The notes under the pieces: generated by a model
Seen by the model: only the letters and a program-made list of their open reading frames with translations
Databases searched by the model: none
Told to the model about the DNA's origin: nothing
Position numbers and translations under genes: made by a program
Shown: positions 1 through 11,440 of the stretch, piece by piece
How positions within the stretch are numbered: the stretch's first letter is position 1
How the letters are laid out: each line of letters opens with the position of its first letter
Source of the DNA: Obrimoposthia wandeli
Lineage: Eukaryota
Direction: 5' to 3'
DNA: 64,000 bases
Assembly (NCBI GenBank): GCA_977020255.1
Contig: CDROCS010001929.1
Coordinates: forward strand, 186,001-250,000

Positions 1-2029
1 CATAACATAATACACAAATTATTGAAGTCGAAATACAAATACATATATCATAGATCACGTTTCCTATCTGTATTATGTTACTTTTCTATTTCCTGCACTT
101 ACCAATGTAACTATTGAGAAATGTTTTACTCCAGCGACATTTTTACTTGTATACATTTAAGTATTTCTAACAAGTCCCCTACAACATTTTAGATTTTTGG
201 TGATCGATTTTTTAAATAAGAAATTTTCTGTTTATTAAACTTTTTTATTCAACTTCGTTTAACAATTCTTTGAAATATTTGTTTTCATGAATTCATCCAA
301 CGGATTTTATCTCATTCAACTTAGCTTCTGAACGTTTAGAAAATACCCTGTCAGAATCTTTTGCTGACCACGATTTAAATATTTTTATACATTTTAAGTA
401 AACTCAATTTAATATGAATTGGTGGTAAAATAATATTTTGAATTGTAATCAGTGATAGATTATTTTAGGTTTTCTTGTCTTGAAATTAGATTAATTAAGG
501 TCTGATCATAAAATTCTGATCACAATTTAGTGACACAAACTCGCATATAACAAGTTATTAGTTAAGTATGTGCATTGTGCATCATTGAACATCGATAAAA
601 TATTTAATTAAATGTTTTACTTACAATCTTGAGTAACTTATCGGTTACATTTGAAAACTCAACTTTCATAGCGACATTTTATGTATCTTTCTCCAAATTT
701 TGTTTTTTTGTTGTTAAAAATATTAAAAATTCTAAATTAAGTTCTAACAATAAATCTATTGACAAAAATGTACTTATCTTCAGCTAGTAGCAAGTATAAA
801 ACCTGTTTCTAGTCAGTTCAAATCGAGTACATACTTGCTAAATTTTGCGATAGAGTAATTTATGTCTCTTTAAAGATTATTTTCTGTATTGATAAGCAAC
901 ATTAAGTTGAGATGAATAATTTTGCTACAAAACAATTCTATACTTACGTTGAGTGGCAGTGTCTAGAATCGAATTTATTTTTATTATATGGTAAAAATCC
1001 TTACTGCATCAATATTTTTCTGAAAAGAAAGAGAAAGTGTGATAAATAAAAAAATTAAATAGAGTAATGATAAAAATAAATAAAATACTGATATTTTAAC
1101 ACTTTTTTGATCAACTACAAAATCAAAATGATTAATATTAGCTGCAAGTAAAAACAGTTTATCTCCTAAAGAAATTGTTACTAAATTCTAATAAGAAATC
1201 ATTATATAATTCTACTTCCATTACAATATTAAGAAAGTGTATATGTATTTCTAAATGAGTTTCTTCTTTAATTTATTTATACTGAATCGAATATAAATTT
1301 TGACAACAAATATATTTATTCGAAGTAACGTATATATACATTGATATATTGTGGCTATGATAGTCAATGATATGTAAGTTAACAGGATTACAGATGTAGG
1401 TGGCGGAATATAAATTGATTGGAATTTTGCTTTGTCTTGCTTGTTGAATAATCAGCAGAAGTGATGATGTATTAGCCTGGATTTCTTTTAACCGTTTATA
1501 TTAATAAGGTTGCAATACATTTTAAATGTAGATTTTTGAGAATTTGTAGATATTTCAGCATTGCGATCCTGTACCATTTTTACTGGCTTTATTATCAATA
1601 CATCGTATTATTATTATTGCTGCGTAGCAACAGAATATAATTTATTTGATAAATGTTAAATATAAATTTTGTATGGCTAGGCATCAAGAAAATTATGAAG
1701 TAGAAACGTGAATAATTAGTCATGTATTCACATAGTATATGGAGTATATGCATAAAAATTAAGAAATTAGGATATTTATTGTGATAGAAGCAACCTCAAA
1801 TAAATAAATAAATAAAATTAAATAATAAGTTGAAATTGGGCGACATTTAATTTTGAAAAATTAATCTTAGCATTGAGCATTGGAGTATGTATATATTACA
1901 AATACATTAGATTAGAAGAACCCAAAAACATAACGGGAAAAGAAAAACTAAAATAAGATATTTGCTGCAAGAAGATTAATTGTGTACGAAGAGACATAAG
2001 AAATAGTGAAAGATAAGAGAATCGCAGAG

Positions 2030-2426
2030 AGTAGGTGAATATGTCAGTAGGTGGATGTGTCCGGTCTAATCCACATCCCCCTCTTGTCCTTTAAAACCGT
2101 GCATGTGTGTGGAGTGAAATTTCGTGTAGGTGTGTGGAGTGAAATTTTCTCTCCACACACATGCAAATCCAACCCCTCTCCTCGGGGGTGCTACAACTGT
2201 CCTTTAAAACCGTGAATGTGTGTGAAATGAAATGTGCATGTGTGTGGAGTGAAATTTTTTGAAAAAAAGCAACAAAAAAGGAGGGTCACCTACCCAAAAA
2301 AAAAAGCCCCTACCAGGCCGACCCGGCCACACTATTTCCCACTTTGGAGGTGGTGCAGCCGCCTCAACACGCCCCTCAGGGTGACCACAAGTCGCGCCTC
2401 CAGGGCGCAAAGATAACTACCAAAAG
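2030..2426 (+). repeat. Left TIR of Polinton element 1, with internal duplication and a 14-bp hairpin
   Basis: Matches the reverse complement of 8272-8532 (agtaggtggat.tgtccggtctaatccac; tcctttaaaaccgt; gtggagtgaaattttttgaaa; gataactaccaaaa). gcatgtgtgtggag (2101-2114) is the inverted repeat of 2151-2164. Confidence 0.9.
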
Positions 2427-2943
2427 TCGCCACCTCCGGGCGCTACAGTATTTTTCATTAACTTTATTCATCTACACATACCCCCCTCTCACTACTACAA
2501 CTACACATGTATACTACAAATACGTTTTTCTCACCTCCAAAAAAACATAACGATTCCATGCTTACCATTTATCTACTACAATTCATCAATTTCTTCGTGT
2601 CATATCACTATATATTACGAATTCATACAGTCTATTTTTAACTCATATTTTGAATAAATTATTGGGACATACTTAGACAAAAACTATAAATTAATTGAAT
2701 AATTTACTCCCATTGCACGTTGAACTCTGTCAACAAATATTTGAAGTACAATTTTCGAAATTTTTATTTATCAATGACATTCTCGCATTCAAACGTAGTC
2801 AAAACTTGAGAAAAGCCTATGGATTTTCAAATAAACTATTTGAATAAGACGCTATTATTGGACGATAAAAGAGGGTTAATCTGATGTTTGTGTATATAAG
2901 GAGACTTATTTTCACTATTTTTTTATAAATCAAAATCTACAGA

Positions 2944-4017
2944 ATGTCTTTCTATAATAATGTCGACTTAGATGAAGATATGGAGGTTCAGCTGTATGGG
3001 AATCTCTCCAGTACAGCAGCGAACACTACCACCATCGCAGTATATTGACTTACTTAGTCAAGACTCATCGGTGGTGAGCGAAGAAGAAGCAGCAGCAAGA
3101 GCGGAGCTGATAGAATAAGCACCATTGGCTAGCACAACCCTGACAGAAGAACCAATGGTTGCGAGAGGTGGAGTACAGAGATCACAATATATCAACCTGA
3201 CAATTCAGGATTCGATTGAGAATTGGGAAGACTGTACTCCCCGGCGGAATACAGAAGCCATTAATCCATCAACTTTGGCAGAAGCGGCAAGGAGATCATC
3301 CAAACGCTCCTGTAAATTGATCCCGCTGTCTCAGCCGGATATAGTCCTGACTCTGATGAGGATCTCTTCAGTGATGGGGTACTGTCGTATCAGGAGGATT
3401 TGACTCCATTTATCGACGAATGGATTCATCCAAGTCTCGGAGCCACTGACAACACATCTGTCGCAAATGAGTCAATGGTGGCAGAATTGAACGACGATAA
3501 TACTCAATTCTTTTGAGGCGGGGATTGGTCGAGAGGAGACTCTCCCATCTCCAGTGGACGACGGGCCAATTTTGAACGAAAGGATACCAGTCTCTCCAAT
3601 CGAGATTATTCCGCATCCCAGTCAACAACACAGGAAACTTCGATGGCACCGGCTTCATTAAGTATCAGCCACAATTTGACTAGAGCTTGGGAGGCTGCTT
3701 CTCCTCTACCAACAGCATCTACCAGCCAGAACTTAAAGAGGGCCTGGGATGAAGCTGGATTGGCCGAATTCCTGGCGAAACTGGATACTCCACAACCGGC
3801 AATTCTTCCAGATTCGTAGGGTAGCAGGATGCAGTCTCATGCCAGCTGCAGCGTGAGAAGAAGGAGAAAGAGAAAAAAAATCTCCGCGGAAGAGGAAGGC
3901 AGCAAAACTGACAACTTCTTCTTTAAGGCCATCTACAAGGCCTACAAAAAAAATTGCGACAACTCCTGTCAAAACCTTAAAGGACGGAAATTGATGCACA
4001 ACAACCGGAAATATTAA
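2944..4017 (+). pseudogene. Uncharacterised Polinton accessory gene X, copy 1 (frameshifted)
   Basis: Shares peptides with 32440-34454(-): SQYINL..ENWEDC.P.R, LI.LSQ.D.V, F.DEW, VAELN and QNLKRAW..A.L.EFLA.LDT. A TATA-like tatataag lies at 2893. Confidence 0.7.
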
Positions 4018-4255
4018 AAAAAAAACGATACTTCAGAAATTGTTGCAGATAAAATATGTAATTTACTTTCAAAATATTTAGGTAAGATTACATTTTATAT
4101 AATTTATTTTAATATTCATAGGATAATTGAAAATATGTACCAATTTTACCGAGAAAAAATGAATACGGATTATTTTGGTAATTTAATAAATTTTATTTAA
4201 TGGTTTCTTTTTAATTCGTTATAAACAAAGGGATTATATACATGTTTGGATAATT

Positions 4256-4744
4256 ATGCAAGAATATATCATAGACTTTGATGCTTTCATTCACAAAAAT
4301 GGAGATTTTATTATAAAATACTTATGTATTATGGATATAAACGACGTTTTCCATCATTTGCATTACATATTTCATGTAGATATCCCGTTAAAAAGTTTAG
4401 ATTATAAGAAGAAATTTACTAATTTATATCTCACTAATTTTTTTCATTTATTAAAATGGAAAGAAGGAAATAAACATTTTTGTGAAATATGTAATTTCGA
4501 TACAATTAAATCTAATTTTGATATTGAAAATGAATTTTTTTATGTTTTAGATGAAGTGGACGGCAAAAAGTATAAGACTTTAAAAAAATATCTTTCAAAA
4601 TTGATATTGAAAACCTTAAATATTTCACGTGATCATCTATTAAAAATTCCACGAAATATTTGCTGTCCATATCGCGATCATAGTGACCATTGCGCATATA
4701 AAAAGTGTATAAGCCTTTCTTACTATTACTTGACATGTAGATAA
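4256..4744 (+). CDS. 162-aa Polinton-associated protein, DnaQ/DEDD-exonuclease-like N-terminus with C-terminal Cys/His motif
   Basis: Intact ATG-to-stop ORF. YIIDFDAF...FIIKYLCI and CPYRDHSDHCAYKKC resemble a small ORF family I recall from arthropod Polintons. It lies inside the TIRs. Confidence 0.6.
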   Translation: MQEYIIDFDAFIHKNGDFIIKYLCIMDINDVFHHLHYIFHVDIPLKSLDYKKKFTNLYLTNFFHLLKWKEGNKHFCEICNFDTIKSNFDIENEFFYVLDEVDGKKYKTLKKYLSKLILKTLNISRDHLLKIPRNICCPYRDHSDHCAYKKCISLSYYYLTCR

Positions 4745-4860
4745 ACAATACTTTTAATTGGATAAATACAATATATAAAAAAACATTTTCAATCAATAAC
4801 AAAATACCTGAAATTGGAGGAATAAAATATATAAAAAATTAATATTATCAACCATTAACA

Positions 4861-5740
4861 GATAAAAAGTCCTTCTCATTGGTGGAAAAAAATTCATCCA
4901 ATAAGATAAGAGCATCTTTACGACGCCTCATTGTTGACTTCAAACACCTTACGCCACACCTGCCAAAATTGTTAATGAAGATCCCAAACCTGGCAAACAA
5001 GATCGCTATTTGACAAATTTCTACAATGAAGGTGTCTACTACCGATTCACCAGTTTACCCATGGGACTTAGTCAGAGTCCGGCTATCTTACAGTGGATCC
5101 TTACAGCCAAGAAACAAGCCGATGTATGGCAAAACATCCAGCCTTTCTTCCAAAAATGAGGAATCCAGATCAACATGGAAAAATCCCAACTCCAACCTGA
5201 CTCGAAAATAGAATATTGCGGCATGATCATCGACATATGACATCATCGAGAGATCAGATATGTCAGATGACGCAACAGCGGTTTTTGAACTACCTGTGTT
5301 GTGTGCTTAAATGGCCGTATGCCATAAATTATTTACAACCGGATCTCAGAAAGTTAGCCTACAAGACAATGAAGAAACATGCAAGTTCTTGGAAGTGGAG
5401 AAGGAAATCAGAACAAATTTGGGCTTCTGATGCTACCACCGAAAACATCGCTGTCGTTAAAATGAAGCCATGGAAGCAAACCATCACAGCAGCGAGGTTA
5501 GAGACGGCTAATATTTATTTGCAGGAAGCCAGAGCTCTACTTCTGGCAATGTGGATGGCAAAAAAAGGCGACACAATACTCTTCGATAATCTCGGACTGG
5601 TGTGGAGCACAAAGAACTGACGGATTCCGACACCAATGGATCAGTGGTGGACCATAGTGGGAGTCCAAGTTCTAGGAGAGATAAAAAGAATCCGCGTCCA
5701 ATTTGTGAGAACTACGGATAATCCGGCGGCTGGACCAATC
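4861..5740 (+). pseudogene. Reverse transcriptase-RNase H remnant, hepadnavirus/HEART-like or DIRS-like; YxDD region deleted
   Basis: Translated segments: FSLVEKNSSN..RRLIVDFKHL; YYRFTSLPMGLSQSPAIL; GIQINMEKSQLQPDSKIEYCGMIID; WASDATTENIAVV; NIYLQEARALL; ILFDNLGLV; VQFVRTTDNPA. Stops and deletions are present. Confidence 0.8.
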
Positions 5741-6211
5741 AGAGACCAGACTACAACAACCAGAATCGAGAGCAATTGAAACCAGCTTCTTACGGTAACC
5801 ATGCACCAGGCTATAACATGACTCTAAAAATCCAATGTGTTCCTTTTCCTACATGTGCTTTTATGCCTTCTTTGTTCTCTCAAGCATTTTTATGTTCTAT
5901 ATCGGATCAGTCACATCACTCTCTGCATGTCACTTAACAATTCCAGGCGTGATGGGATTGGTTAGACTTTTATATATAAGACTAGGCAAATATAGGAATA
6001 ACGCCAGTTTTATTTTCAGTTTAGATAATAAGCGTTGGTTCTATTAAACTAGTATAAATAAAATAGTATAATAGTACAACTGATTAAAAGCATTTAAAAG
6101 TTTGCTTTATTTTTAGCTTTTATGGTTTTTATTGTATGGGTTTCAAAAGTATTTCCAGTTAAACCAAGGTTGTTAGCGAGTTCTTCATTAAAAGAAACCC
6201 GTTTTATATTT

Positions 6212-6760
6212 CTATTTTACCATTTTTAATGTTTCACATTTATCCACATATTCACTAAATTTCTTAATTGTAAATTTACATAAATTCTCTTCACTATCTA
6301 TTTTATAATCTTTTGAAAACGTTTTCAATTCAAGTACATTATTTGATCTCATTTCAGCTAACAACAGTCTTGCTACTTTACCAGAAATATTTCTAACCGA
6401 TTTAGATGAGATAATATCTAGTTTCTTATTACCTACTGCACGTTCATTATCGAAATCGAATTGAATAGCTTCTTTTTTAGATTGAAATGTCAATTTAATA
6501 AATTTAATTGATTTTTAAATATGACTTCTTTATCTATACAATTGTAATAAAATTTTCATTTACTATCAAACCCGATCACAACATTACAACAATTTTTTGT
6601 AACAACTTTCTTTTGTAAACGAAATATGTGAGTTTTTTCTGATAGTAATTGTAGAATAATAAAAAGAAAATTCTGTTAAAGCCACTTCCCATTCTCCTTG
6701 GAGATTTATAGGATTTTCCCATTCGAGAATAAAGTTACTAGCGTCATTATCTGGTTGAGT
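6212..6760 (-). pseudogene. Polinton minor capsid (penton/Py) N-terminal fragment
   Basis: DASNFILEWENPINLQGEWEVALTEFSF, which also matches IELQGVWEVALTEFTY at 15348. Confidence 0.7.
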
Positions 6761-6801
6761 CTTTGGGCATCAGTTACTAGGTAACACCATATACATAGAT
6801 T

Positions 6802-7290
6802 TCATATTATATTAGATGTTGATATCCAAGTTGGGTCTGAATAACCATGCCATTTAACATAGTATTGTTTATGTTTACCGGCACCCTTAGATTTTAATAT
6901 TTTTTGAATACGGAAAACGCTAGGTTTATTTGATATTACTTGTAGTTCTTGCTCGTAAAATTTACCGTGAACGATATTATTGTCAGCATCTTTAATAGTA
7001 TACATTATTGGATTACCCTTTTGATCAATTCTACTTATACAAAATATTTCATGGCTCCAATTCTGATCAAAATTTTTAATAAATGGAGTAGAGCTAATTT
7101 TAGAAATTCGGACATATTCGTTTTTCTTATATTTAGCTTTTTAAATTTTTTTTATATTCCTTTATAATCAAATATTCATAGAATTTTTATCAGTAACATC
7201 AACAGGTCTCATTCCCTTGAGACTTATATGTTGAGAGTGATTATATGTATTTTCTTCATTTTTAAAAAAGTTCAATTTGAATTTTGTTTA
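6802..7290 (-). pseudogene. Polinton retroviral-like integrase, C-terminal part with chromodomain-like tail
   Basis: SLKGMRPVDVTDK; YTIKDADNNIVHGKFYEQELQ; VFRIQKILKSKG..QYYVKWHGY. Confidence 0.8.
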
Positions 7291-7469
7291 TATTAGAAGC
7301 CATTTAAGTTTTCTTTTATTTCTAACTACAAATTTGATTAATTAATTTACTTCTTTTTTCTTAATGATTATTTTTTTTGATTTCTTAGATTTTACTTAAC
7401 GTTTACGTTTCACTATCAACTTCTTAAAAGGCATTGCAAATTTATTTTTTATAATTTTTCTATATTTGT

Positions 7470-7990
7470 TTATACTTCCTTAGAATTAAATATGTATGTT
7501 ACAACACGTAAATCATCTGGGCAAGCTTGTGTAAAGTCAATAAATATAGACCCATGTGCTTGTTTAGCAGCATCATGGAATGAATCAACTAGAAAGTTCT
7601 TATTTTGAGGAAATGCCTGTCTTGCCAAGAAATCTACAACTGTTTGATCTCTAGAATTTTTAAATAAAACTAAGTAATGTACATTAAGATTTCTAGTTCT
7701 ATGGTGACCTCCTTGGGGAAAAGGATTTTGAGTGATAAATATAACTGTTACTTCATGATGTCTTGCAATTTTTGTAAAAAAATTATTAAAGTCCGATTCC
7801 TTGTTAGCTTCCTGATACAAATCATCAATTCTTACATCTTCTTTTTACAATCTTTCGCACCAATTCGCATCAAATCCTTCAATAAATTGTATTCCCTTCA
7901 ACTTGCAAACTTTTGTTAGGGTAATCTACTTTCCCCACCTCCACCATGATGCCAATAAATATTTTTGAAATTATAATTGAAAAGAGATTC
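7470..7990 (-). pseudogene. Polinton A32/FtsK-like packaging ATPase fragment (Walker A missing)
   Basis: Walker-B-like RIDDLYQEA, then VTVIFITQNPFPQGGHHRTRNLNVHYLVLFKNSRDQ...GSIFIDFTQ. Confidence 0.85.
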
Positions 7991-8019
7991 ATTTTGCAAC
8001 AATTTACATACGAAATGTG

Positions 8020-8244
8020 TCATTCCAATTCCATATATTGTCTCTGCTTCCATTCGTTGAATGGTAAATACGAAATATCATCTTCTATTCTGCCTTTATA
8101 ATTTATATTTACGAGTTTCATTAAACTAAAATTGTTTGCTGTAAATTCTTCTTTATATATGTCTGAACCTGCTTTTGTATTGCACATATTTTGTAAATAT
8201 CTTGCAAACCTATTATAATTGGATGATATATTTCTTCTAATCAA
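8020..8244 (-). CDS. Small hypothetical ORF just inside the right TIR
   Basis: 74-aa ORF, same strand as and upstream of the ATPase; no motif recognised. Confidence 0.3.
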   Translation of the reverse strand: MIRRNISSNYNRFARYLQNMCNTKAGSDIYKEEFTANNFSLMKLVNINYKGRIEDDISYLPFNEWKQRQYMELE

Positions 8245-8271
8245 TTTCGATTTTTAAAATGGATTTAGCAA

Positions 8272-8532
8272 TTTTTGGTAGTTATCTTCGCACCCGCAGG
8301 GCACAAAAATGATAGTGATACTTGCGCCCATGGGGCGCAGATTGCTGTATCCAGGGGGGGCGCGTTGGTATGGCCACATCACCCACACCCACTTTTGTTG
8401 CTTTATTTCAAAAAATTTCACTCCACGCACATGCACAAAATTTCACTTTACACACATGGACGGTTTTAAAGGAAAGTGGTAGCCCCCAGAGGGAGGGGAG
8501 GGGGTGGATTAGACCGGACATATCCACCTACT
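8272..8532 (-). repeat. Right TIR of Polinton element 1
   Basis: Reverse-complement match to 2046-2426, ending in CCTACT. Confidence 0.9.
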
Positions 8533-9500
8533 GCAGACACAAAAAATCATTCATTTATCGCTTTCTCTACAGAAACATGTATACATAACCTATTAAAGAA
8601 GAATGTTAGTTGAAGGAGGAAAACGTTTATCCCAGGAAAGCCATGACAACAGATACTTAGAAAAGGCGAACCTCCCAAGGAGTAAACAAGGAAGCATGGA
8701 GAGCAGTAAGAAGAGATACGACTGCAAGGACCACCATCGGACTGTCCAGGAAACATCTAAGAACGTTACAACACGCGTTCTTAAAATAAAGTAAGTTGTT
8801 TAGGTAGTAAAAAGTGATACCGTACATATTTATTTTCAGAAAACCTAAGTAAGTATACATATACATATATAATAAAAGTTGTACTAGTTTAAAGATTATT
8901 GGAAAATTAAAATTAATTTATTTTCGGACTGACTATTGATAGAATGAAAAAATTTCCAGACCATTCAAATACACAGGTATGCGCATACTGGTTACGTGTA
9001 GTTCACTTATTAATTTTCTTTATTCATTTTCAATTAGTAATAATAAAATATATTAGTATTTTCCACATGATACCTGTGTCCTGAAATTAAACATTTCTAA
9101 AAAATATGAAAAGTGTTTTATTGAATTTGATTTCAAAACTACTCTAGCCACAAGAAATCCAATGATTAATTTCTAATAAAACGTAGTCAAATTAGGTTAA
9201 GCTTCGTATATTGTATTTGGATTTGCTCGATTGATAACGGAGAATATTGATATTTTCTTGTTCTTAACTACTTCTTGAGAATAAAACAACTGGCATCATA
9301 AATTGCACGGATCGCACTTTCAAATAACAAATAAACAATGAAAATAATCGCTAACTATCTCCAACTTGCATTGGTTCGTAAATGTGTACTATTACAAAAG
9401 TTGGTAAAATTTACCAATGGCAAACAAATCATATTTGTGTTACTTGTTACTGAAAGTAGCACAGTAGGTCGAGATTTAACTTGAAACTCGTTAGACTTAC

Positions 9501-9658
9501 CTCTATCATATGTTTCTGGATCTGTGAAATATCATTTAAGTTTATTATTTAAAATAATTACTTTTTGCTTCTTTCTTATGTTATTATGTTTCTCGAATAT
9601 ATTCTTTAATTCAGTTTTCATTAGTGCTTCTAAATTCGAAAGTATTCGTATCAAAATA
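9501..9658 (-). CDS. Two probable exons (9562-9658 and 9501-9521) separated by a 40-bp intron
   Basis: ILSNLEALMKTELKNIFEKHNNIRKKQK/IQKHMIE. KNIFEKH resembles mitofusin KTKFEQH. Splice sites are canonical, including a gtaagt donor. Confidence 0.6.
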
Positions 9659-11216
9659 CTGAAGTTCAAGAACGTTATGATTTACTTTATTTTATGCACG
9701 TATAATTTGGAATATTTTTAAAAATTAATTCATGTACCATTTTTAAAATATTTAATTAGTGGAGCAGACAGTGACGAATCATTTTCAGTGACGAATGCTA
9801 TGGAACTACATAATATAGATGCTTGCAGATTCTGGTCTACATGTTGCCAACTATACTTTTCTGTAAACAAATGTTCGAGGTATGGAGGGATTGAGATTGT
9901 CTAGGCCATCTAAGTCAGCTAAATTGGCGTTTGTAGCACCTTAAAGTGTATTCGTGAAAATATGTTTATTAGTTTTTGGAAATTTCAGGCCATATCAAGT
10001 TATTTTATTTTTGGGTGACCAGCCCTTGGTAGTGGAATCGGTGCTGAAGTTTGCAGTTTGTCTAGGACTCGGTGAGTGAGTGCTGGCAGCACTACCCAGT
10101 TATGGACTATGTCAGCAGCGGCTCTGTTAGTTGAATAGAGTGACTAGTCGCTTATGATGAATTGACGAAAGACCAGTCACCAAGTCGATGTGTGTGTGAC
10201 TGGACGGCTGTGCTGAGCCAACCCAACTAGGTAATTTTTGGTGGACAATGAAAACATGTTCCATAAATAGCACAAGTCTTCTTCTAGAGACTGTAATGAT
10301 GCTAATTTCATTAAAGTTAATGCACGTTTCCAGTACGAAAAATACACATTTATGTCTTTAGAAAGTATTTGTTCCGTTTTATGTTATAAGTTTGTGAGTT
10401 CCATTAAGGAATAATATTATTCTTTGGTGGATTGAAATTCGTGCGCTCAAAAATTAATTTTAATATGACTGAATAAATAAAAACGTCGGGTGCAAGTTTT
10501 AGACTATTTAATGGATTGACAATTGCAAAGGTCTTGGGAAAGCGTCATGATTTAAAGTAATGTGTAGACAGAATACTGGTAGTGCAGCTCTGGTCTATTC
10601 TTCTTTCGTTCTAGGCTCGAACATCATTGACCACGTTGGGATTCTCCGTTATGAAATCAATTGTTCGTTAAAAATAGAACACATGTAGCTACAATAACCG
10701 AAACGGAGCTTCTCAACAAGTAAAGACCACTCCTGGAACTCTCGCCTAGATCAAGAAATGAAGGCCCCAAAGCTGGAGTCAATGTCATCACCGCAGTAGT
10801 CAGAAGGCACTCTAATGCTATCTGCTACACAATTGTTCTGATTTACAACCGAACCGACTTGCATATTACTGGTATTTTGTTCTTCAGTAGTCACATAGAC
10901 AGCTCTACTTGAGTAATCTTATCTCAGTCATATTTTCTTTCTGTTTCAAATATTTAGCAAATATTTTAATGCAAAAAGAAATGATTTTGTAATGGAAATT
11001 TTATTTCCGGTTAAGTCGATTTAACAATTTGAAGATTTAAACAAGCCATTGTAATGTATCGTAGCATCCTTGTATATGTACATTTCATTGTTTGTGCATT
11101 ACAAGTTTACTTTTATGTTAAACATGTTTTTTAATTCTATTTTTTGTTTCTTTAAATTATAAAACTAATTTTTAATAAAATATGTCTGAATAAAACTCAA
11201 CAAATATAATTCTAAC

Positions 11217-11440
11217 CTGTATCGTCAGATATTTTCTGAAGCTTGTTTAGAGTTCTTTCTAAAATTGTTTCTGACCTCACAGTTACAAATTGGCTGTTTT
11301 TACTTTCGGCTTCTAACATCGAAAATTCTTGGCTGACATCCATTCTATTCTTCCTCTCATTTACAAAAGTTGTTATTTTTTCTTGCAGTTTCTGCAGGTC
11401 ATGGACAATATTGCCGTACTTATGTGTGCTATCAAACGGC
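11217..11440 (-). CDS. Probable exon of the same gene (helical region)
   Basis: ttttcaag acceptor, gttaga donor and 74 open codons. The phase (2 to 1) does not join its neighbours directly, so further exons are implied. Confidence 0.55.

Larger units (their letters stand above)
2030..8532. mobile_element. Polinton/Maverick-derived element (internally deleted, chimeric), bounded by TIRs
   Basis: Ends are AGTAGGTG... (2030/2046) and ...CACCTACT (8532). Flanking hexamers are gcagag (2024-2029) and gcagac (8533-8538), a 5/6 match consistent with a 6-bp TSD. Internal fragments of packaging ATPase, integrase and penton are present. Confidence 0.85.

Noticed and set aside
103-731. Alternative genetic code (TAA read as Gln) to explain in-frame stops
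   Set aside because: The well-supported exons use CAA/CAG for Gln and contain no in-frame TAA. Ordinary decay or chance is more likely.
2204-2550. ORFs in the left TIR, and 8254-8588 in the right TIR
   Set aside because: They are products of the GC-rich TIR sequence; their mutual similarity only reflects the inverted repeat.
9720-10960. GC-richer stretch suspected to be a LINE remnant or extra exons
   Set aside because: No convincing RT or endonuclease motif and no phase-compatible open exon was found by eye; left unassigned.
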